DNA of 32,000 nucleotides from Nanopusillaceae archaeon (GTDB taxonomy: Archaea; Nanobdellota; Nanobdellia; Nanobdellales; Nanobdellaceae). Below, in pieces: positions 26,306 to 32,000 of the stretch (position 1 is its first letter; every line of letters starts with the position of its first letter). The stretch spans positions 60,001-92,000 of the forward strand of contig JBMFJD010000001.1 of NCBI GenBank assembly GCA_049974095.1, read 5' to 3'. The notes under the pieces are model-generated. The model saw only the letters and a program-made list of their open reading frames with translations, ran no database searches and was not told the DNA's origin. The translations under genes and the position numbers were made by a program.

Positions 26306-27397
26306 ATGGAAATAGGGATTGCTTTAAGTCACTTTCAAATATCAAAGGAAATACCTAAAGAGGATATATGGGTAAAATATTCAAATGGAAAGTTACCTTT
26401 ACCCTATAAAGGGATAAGAGAATTAAAAGGGAAAGATTTAGATGATTTAATAAATATATTAACATTAGAAGGAGAAATAAAAGATATTAGATTTTCTATA
26501 TTGCCTTCTTATATTGAAGAAAATGGAAAAATCAATAAAGAAAAATTAAAAGAATATAAAAATCTTTTTTCAATATTAAAAGACAATAATGTAAATATTT
26601 TATTAGTTTTAATTCATTATATTTATCCATATTATTGGGGTTCTATATTTGAAAAGGATTTTTACAAGAATGTAATAAATTTTATTGAAAATATAAAAGA
26701 AATATTTGATCATACAGATTCAATTACTCCTGTAAATGAACCTGCAGTATGGATATATAGATTATTAACAATAAAAGCTTCTCCTTATAGAAAATACATT
26801 TTTATTCCAAATAAACTAATTAAATTAATAAAAATAGCAAAAGAAAATATAAAAGAAATAAGTAATTATATATGGGATAATTATAAAGAAAGAACTATAA
26901 TAAATAATGTATTTGCTTTAAGTACAAAAGATATTTTAAATATAGTAAAACCATTTTTGAATATATATAAAGAATTTGATTATTTACCTTCTCATTTAAT
27001 TGGATTAAATTATTATGGAACATTTGAATTATTTGGAGGAGAGAAAAATTTTTATGGTGATAGATTTTCTATATTTAAATTAGATACCAACAATTTAGAA
27101 AAAATAATTATAGATTATAGAAAAAGAACAGGAAAAGATGTAATAATAACAGAAATTGGAATGAGTGCCAATAATAAAGAAGAGGAAGAATATAGAATTA
27201 AATATTTTGAAAAAGTTTTTGATTTATCTTTAAGATTAGGAATAAGAAAAGTATATATATGGTCATCAACAGATAATTTTGAGTGGGAAGATGAATATAA
27301 GAAAAAATTTGGTGTGTGTTATAGTTTAGAATATGATGGATTTAAAAAGAAAGAAATATGTAACAATTTTATAGAGTTAATTAATAAATATAAATAG
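26306..27397 (+). CDS. Compact glycoside hydrolase family 1-like protein (clan GH-A beta-glycosidase fold)
   Basis: GH1-like blocks occur in order: IRFSILPSYIEENGKINKEKLKEYKNLFSILKDNNVNILLVLIHY.YPYYW; the acid/base motif ITPVNEPAVW; the nucleophile motif VIITEIGMS (E-I-G instead of E-N-G); and the C-terminal signature WSSTDNFEWEDEYKKKFGV. It is only 363 aa. Confidence 0.6.
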   Translation: MEIGIALSHFQISKEIPKEDIWVKYSNGKLPLPYKGIRELKGKDLDDLINILTLEGEIKDIRFSILPSYIEENGKINKEKLKEYKNLFSILKDNNVNILLVLIHYIYPYYWGSIFEKDFYKNVINFIENIKEIFDHTDSITPVNEPAVWIYRLLTIKASPYRKYIFIPNKLIKLIKIAKENIKEISNYIWDNYKERTIINNVFALSTKDILNIVKPFLNIYKEFDYLPSHLIGLNYYGTFELFGGEKNFYGDRFSIFKLDTNNLEKIIIDYRKRTGKDVIITEIGMSANNKEEEEYRIKYFEKVFDLSLRLGIRKVYIWSSTDNFEWEDEYKKKFGVCYSLEYDGFKKKEICNNFIELINKYK

Positions 27398-27415
27398 TTT
27401 TTTTATAATATTTTT

Positions 27416-29167
27416 ATGCTGATAATAGCTGAGAAACCATCTGTAGCAAGAAAAATATCATCATTTTTATCAAATAATAACTTTAGAAAAATATATTTCT
27501 CGAAAAATATGAGCTACTATTTTTTTAAAAAAGATAATAAAAATATTTTTGTAGTTCCATCAATAGGACATTTATTTACAATTTCAGATCTAAATAACAA
27601 GTATACTTATCCAACATTTAATTATAAATGGGTTCCTTCTTATGTTGAGGATGGAATTAAAATAAAGAAATTATATATTTATATGCTTTCAAAATTTAGA
27701 AATGAAAATGAAATAATTATTGCAACAGATTATGATATAGAAGGAGAATTAATTGGATATAATATATTAAGATTTATTTTAAATAAAAATAGTGCAAAAA
27801 GAATGATATTTTCTGCAATAACATATAAAGATATATTAAGAGCATATAATAATTTAGGAAATTTAAATGTAGGATATTATTTAGCTGGAGAAACAAGGCA
27901 TATTGTTGATTGGTTATATGGAATAAATTTATCTAGAGCTTTAACAAGAGCAATAAGACATTATAATAAAAATATAATATTGAGTATTGGAAGGGTTCAG
28001 GGACCAACATTAAAATTAGTATATTTAAGAGAAAGAGAAATAAAAGAATTTGTACCAGAAGAATATTATAAATTGGAAGCAATAGTAAAAAAAGAAGGTA
28101 AATTAATAAAATTTTTATATAAAAAAGAAAAAATAGAAAATAAAGATGAGGCAATAAAAATAAAAGAGAGTATTGGAAAATATTTGAATGTTTTAAATAT
28201 TGAAAGTAAAAAATTAACTATAGATCCTTTACATCCATATAATTTAACAGATATACAGGTAGATGCTTATAAATTATATAAAATAAGTCCAAAGAACACT
28301 TTAGATATATTACAATCATTATATGAAAGAGGATATGTATCATATCCAAGAACTTCTTCTCAGAGATTGCCAGATACAATTAATTTTAGAGAAATATTTG
28401 AAAATCTATTATCTTTAAAAAATTATAAAACATATATTGAAAAGATATTAAAGAAAGAATATTTAAAGCCAAATAATGGAAAAAAAGATGATGTACATCC
28501 AGCAATTCATCCTACAGGAGTAATACCTGAAAATTTAAATAAAAAAGAATTTTTAATATATGATCTTGTTGTTAGAAGATTTATTGCAACATTTTCAGAT
28601 CCTGCAGTTGAAATTCATTATAAAATAAATACAAAGGAAGGATTTTATTATGAATATAAAAATATATTAGATAAAGGATGGATAGATGTATATTGGGAAA
28701 TAATGAAATATAATTATGAAAATAATAGATTTTATGAAGGGGAAAAATTAGAAATATTAAAATTAAATATAAGAAAAACAAAAACAAAACCGCCTTCTAG
28801 ATATAATCAAGCTTCATTAGTTAAAAGAATGGAGGAATTAAATTTAGGAACAAAATCTACAAGAGCAGAAATTGTTAGTATATTATTTAAAAGGAACTAT
28901 GTAAAAGGAAAATCAATATATTTAACTGAACTTGGAGAGAAAATAATAGAAATATTAGAAAAATATTATCCAGAAATATTAGATATAGGACTAACAAGAA
29001 AATTAGAAGAAAAATTAGATAGATTAGAAAAGAATCCAAAGGAAGAAATAAAGGAAGAAATAATTAATGAAGTAAAGGAGATATTAAAAAATGTATTAAC
29101 GGATTTTAAAAATAAGGAAGAAAAAATTGGAGAAGAAATATATAGTATAATAAAAGGTAAGGGATAG
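27416..29167 (+). CDS. topA: DNA topoisomerase IA (archaeal Topo III-like), core enzyme without C-terminal zinc fingers
   Basis: Toprim N-terminus MLIIAEKPSVARKISSFL and acidic cluster ATDYDIEGELIG. Also GRVQGPTL, and the active-site tyrosine motif GYVSYPRTSSQRL. Confidence 0.85.
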   Translation: MLIIAEKPSVARKISSFLSNNNFRKIYFSKNMSYYFFKKDNKNIFVVPSIGHLFTISDLNNKYTYPTFNYKWVPSYVEDGIKIKKLYIYMLSKFRNENEIIIATDYDIEGELIGYNILRFILNKNSAKRMIFSAITYKDILRAYNNLGNLNVGYYLAGETRHIVDWLYGINLSRALTRAIRHYNKNIILSIGRVQGPTLKLVYLREREIKEFVPEEYYKLEAIVKKEGKLIKFLYKKEKIENKDEAIKIKESIGKYLNVLNIESKKLTIDPLHPYNLTDIQVDAYKLYKISPKNTLDILQSLYERGYVSYPRTSSQRLPDTINFREIFENLLSLKNYKTYIEKILKKEYLKPNNGKKDDVHPAIHPTGVIPENLNKKEFLIYDLVVRRFIATFSDPAVEIHYKINTKEGFYYEYKNILDKGWIDVYWEIMKYNYENNRFYEGEKLEILKLNIRKTKTKPPSRYNQASLVKRMEELNLGTKSTRAEIVSILFKRNYVKGKSIYLTELGEKIIEILEKYYPEILDIGLTRKLEEKLDRLEKNPKEEIKEEIINEVKEILKNVLTDFKNKEEKIGEEIYSIIKGKG

Positions 29168-29172
29168 TTTAA

Positions 29173-29763
29173 TTATAAATATGATAAAATTTCATTTAAT
29201 ATTTCCTCTGGTTTTTTTGTAGCATCAATATATATTATATTATCTTCTGGAAATATATTTTTTAATTCTAAAAATTTCTTTCTTATCTTTTCCAGAGCTT
29301 CTTTTCTCTCATAATATGTTTTTTCACTATTTCTATTTCCAATTCTCCTCATTGCTTCTTCTGCTGATAAATCTAGAACGAATGTAATATCTGGTCTTTT
29401 AATATATTTACTTATTTCTTTTAGCCAATTTATATCAAATCTTTCATATAAAGATTGATATGAAAATGTAGAATATATTGTTCTATCAGATATAACAATA
29501 TATCCTTCATTTAACATTTTATTTAATTGAATATTTTGTATTTGTCTATCTGCAGTAAATAATAATGCCAATGTAACACCATATTCTAAATTTTCTTCAT
29601 GAGGTTTTCCTATTATCTCTATTATTTTATCTCTTAAAGGACCAGGTTCCTTTTTAATAAATACTTTATATCCATTCTTTTCTAAATATCCTTTTAATAA
29701 ATTTACAATAGTAGATTTTCCACTTCCATCTATTCCATCAATTCCTATATATTTATATTTCAT
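29173..29763 (-). CDS. tmk: Thymidylate kinase
   Basis: P-loop IGIDGIDGSGKSTIV, DR motif ISDRTIYSTFSYQ, and a LID-region arginine-containing segment. The size is typical. Confidence 0.85.
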   Translation of the reverse strand: MKYKYIGIDGIDGSGKSTIVNLLKGYLEKNGYKVFIKKEPGPLRDKIIEIIGKPHEENLEYGVTLALLFTADRQIQNIQLNKMLNEGYIVISDRTIYSTFSYQSLYERFDINWLKEISKYIKRPDITFVLDLSAEEAMRRIGNRNSEKTYYERKEALEKIRKKFLELKNIFPEDNIIYIDATKKPEEILNEILSYL

Positions 29764-29792
29764 TAATTTGTTTTTCTTTAAAATTTTATATT

Positions 29793-31649
29793 TTAATCTA
29801 ATCTAATTATATCTCCCATTTTTGGTGCATATGAAAATATTCCAAATCTTCTATATATACTTTCAGATAGTTCAAATGGCTTTGGTAATTCTCCATGTAC
29901 TACAAAAACCTGCTTTGGTTTCGGTCTTAAATATTTAATAAAAGACATAATTTCAAATTTATCAGCATGACCAGAAAATCCTTCATATTTATTTATTTTT
30001 AATTTTACATTTATCTTTCTATCATTTATTGTTATTTCTCTTTCTCCTTCTAATAATCTTCTTCCTAAAGTTCCTTGAGCCTGATAAGATACTAATGCTA
30101 ATAAATTCTTTTCATCTTCTGCAGCATAAGAGAAATAATCAATTATAGGTCCTCCTTGCATCATTCCAGATGTTGCAATTATAATAGATGGCTCTTTTGA
30201 TTCAACAATTTGCTCTCTTTCCTTACTACTTGCTCTAATCACATTTTCTCTTTCAAATGGATTATCTTTTAATTCAATTTTTTGTCTTAATTCTTCATTT
30301 AAAAATTCTGGATATGCTGTATGAATCATAGATGTTTCCCATACAATTCCTTCTAAATATATATTTACTTTTGGCAGTAAATTATTATCCATTGCATTCA
30401 ATAATGTTAATAACACATCCTGGCCTCTTCCAACAGCTAAAACAGGTATTAATACTTTTCCTCCTTTTTCCAATGTCTCTTTTACATCATGTATAAATAA
30501 TGATTCAGTTTCTTCTCTTGATGGATGTTTATCATTATTTCCTCCATATGTGCTTTCAACAATAAATGTTTCTATTCTTTGATATCTTGTATTTGGTCTA
30601 TTTAATAATTTTGTTTGATTAAATTTAAAATCTCCGGTATATAAAATATTATGTTTTCCTTCAATATTTATATGAACCATTGCAGATCCAATAATATGAT
30701 TTGCATTATGTAATGATATTTTTACGTCATTTGTAATATCTGTTACTTCTCCATAATTTAATGTAATAGAATGTTTCAAAAATTCCTTTATTTCTTTTGT
30801 AGTAAATAAAGAAGTTTTTCCTTGTTTATTACTTACCTTTAAATAATCTAATAAAACAAGTGCAGCAATATCTCTTGTTGGTTCTGTTAAATATACAGGA
30901 CCTTTCCATCCAACTCTAAATAAATATGGTAAAAATCCTACATGATCTAAATGAGCATGAGATATTATAACAGCATCCAAATTTTGTATATCAAATTCTG
31001 GAATATTTAAAAAAGGATATCTATCTTCAGAATAATTTCCTACTCCAAGACCACAATCAATTAATATATTACTTTCTTTTGTTTGTAACAAAAATGAAGA
31101 TCTTCCAACCTCTCTTCCAGCACCTAAAAACATTATCCTATAATGATTTAATTTTTCAGGTTTCTTTTCTAATATTTTTTCTCCTACTAGATTTAAAAAT
31201 TCAGATTTATACAATGAATTTTTATGTAAATATGCTCTAACAACATTTATTATTTTTGAGGATTTTAATGGAGCCCTTTGTATATATATATTACATAATG
31301 TTTCTTCTCTCAATTTATTTATTAAATTTATATCAATTTTTTCTGGTTCATAAGTTTCAATAAATAATACAGATCTATGTTTTTCTAAGTATATATCTTT
31401 TATTTTTATTCCTTCTAATAATCTCTTAGCTTTTTCTTTTATTTCTTCCTCATTTCCAATCAATTTTGGATCCATTCTGATCTCTATTCTTTTCTTATAT
31501 TTTTGAGCAAGATTTTTTCCAATTTCAATTCCTTTTAAAAATATATCTCTATTTCTTACATATATTATAATCTTAGCTCCCTCAAAATTTATTTTGCTAA
31601 CTTCCTCTTCCTTGAATTCTTTTAATATTTCTTCCTTAATATTCATCAT
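29793..31649 (-). CDS. aCPSF1-type beta-CASP metallo-beta-lactamase ribonuclease with N-terminal KH domains
   Basis: N-terminal KH-like repeats, then the MBL motif ISHAHLDHVGFLP. beta-CASP motifs follow (ESTYGG, ...GRGQ..., SGHAD, VHGE) in canonical order. 618 aa. Confidence 0.85.
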   Translation of the reverse strand: MMNIKEEILKEFKEEEVSKINFEGAKIIIYVRNRDIFLKGIEIGKNLAQKYKKRIEIRMDPKLIGNEEEIKEKAKRLLEGIKIKDIYLEKHRSVLFIETYEPEKIDINLINKLREETLCNIYIQRAPLKSSKIINVVRAYLHKNSLYKSEFLNLVGEKILEKKPEKLNHYRIMFLGAGREVGRSSFLLQTKESNILIDCGLGVGNYSEDRYPFLNIPEFDIQNLDAVIISHAHLDHVGFLPYLFRVGWKGPVYLTEPTRDIAALVLLDYLKVSNKQGKTSLFTTKEIKEFLKHSITLNYGEVTDITNDVKISLHNANHIIGSAMVHINIEGKHNILYTGDFKFNQTKLLNRPNTRYQRIETFIVESTYGGNNDKHPSREETESLFIHDVKETLEKGGKVLIPVLAVGRGQDVLLTLLNAMDNNLLPKVNIYLEGIVWETSMIHTAYPEFLNEELRQKIELKDNPFERENVIRASSKEREQIVESKEPSIIIATSGMMQGGPIIDYFSYAAEDEKNLLALVSYQAQGTLGRRLLEGEREITINDRKINVKLKINKYEGFSGHADKFEIMSFIKYLRPKPKQVFVVHGELPKPFELSESIYRRFGIFSYAPKMGDIIRLD

Positions 31650-31680
31650 AAAGATTTTTCAATTAAATAATATTAAAAAA

Positions 31681-32000
31681 TTATTTTTGTTTAATTTCTT
31701 CTTTTATTTCGTATATTTCTTTTTCTAAACCTTTATCAGTTAATACCCAAATTTCAACACCATATCCAGATCCCAAATCTCTTTTAATTGCAGATAATAC
31801 TGCTTTTTTTGCTAATTCTTTTGCTTCCTCTTCATTCATATTTTCTTTATATTCAGATTCTAAAACTCCTAAAGCAAATGGCATTCCAGATCCTGTTGCA
31901 ATGAAATCATCAAATTTTTCCAATCCACCAGCTTCATCAATTGAATATATATTATATCCATCTTCATCTTTTCCAGCAATTATAACTTCTGTAAAAAATG
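31681..32000 (-). CDS. psmB: Proteasome subunit beta, C-terminal part (N-terminus lies beyond the window end)
   Basis: The track ORF (…FIATGSGMPFALGVLESEYKENMNEEEAKELAKKAVLSAIKRDLGSGYGVEIWVLT…) is the conserved C-terminal half. The same frame stays open upstream to position 32000 (…EVIIAGKDEDGYNIYSIDEAGGLEKFDD…). Confidence 0.85.
   Translation of the reverse strand, partial: FFTEVIIAGKDEDGYNIYSIDEAGGLEKFDDFIATGSGMPFALGVLESEYKENMNEEEAKELAKKAVLSAIKRDLGSGYGVEIWVLTDKGLEKEIYEIKEEIKQK

Noticed and set aside
27416-29167. Topoisomerase half of a split reverse gyrase
   Set aside because: The N-terminus (MLIIAEKPSVARKI) and overall motifs look like stand-alone Topo IA/III. No helicase-like module or latch is adjacent. 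I cannot exclude it without phylogeny, so I call it plain topoisomerase IA.

Overview
This is a very AT-rich, gene-dense archaeal window: by eye about three quarters A+T, with most spacers 0-60 nt and several 1-17 nt gene overlaps. Archaeal information-processing genes dominate. They include Cdc6/Orc1, the PolD small subunit, Rpo11, ABCE1, aCPSF1, proteasome beta, uL18/uS8/uS14, topoisomerase IA, class II RNR and an N-terminal GatE piece. Four intron-less tRNA genes (Leu-CAA, Ala-UGC, His-GUG, Ser-GGA) are strongly GC-rich islands in the AT-rich background. That contrast is typical of a thermophile with a reduced genome. The scrambled ribosomal-protein operon and truncated or split-looking genes add to this, so the window looks Nanoarchaeota-like; this is an inference, not a database result. 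The parts I consider most worth follow-up are listed here. (1) A three-gene surface module at 9091-12177: two small FlaF/FlaG- or pilin-like proteins plus a 718-aa Asn/Cys-rich, heavily sequon-decorated protein with a DUF2341/LamG-like C-terminus. It has an inverted paralog at 1167-2276 that shares perfect nucleotide stretches. (2) A ~60-nt GC-rich hairpin element at 13256-13317, directly 5' of tRNA-Ser, with single-hairpin H/ACA-like architecture and its own correctly spaced TATA box. (3) A 326-bp non-coding region upstream of cdc6 that looks like a replication origin. (4) Several unusual gene architectures: GatE N-terminal half only, NFACT-N only, an APC permease fused to a methyltransferase, uS14 with a long N-terminal extension, and a compact GH1. 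I saw no CRISPR array, transposase, integrase or rRNA.
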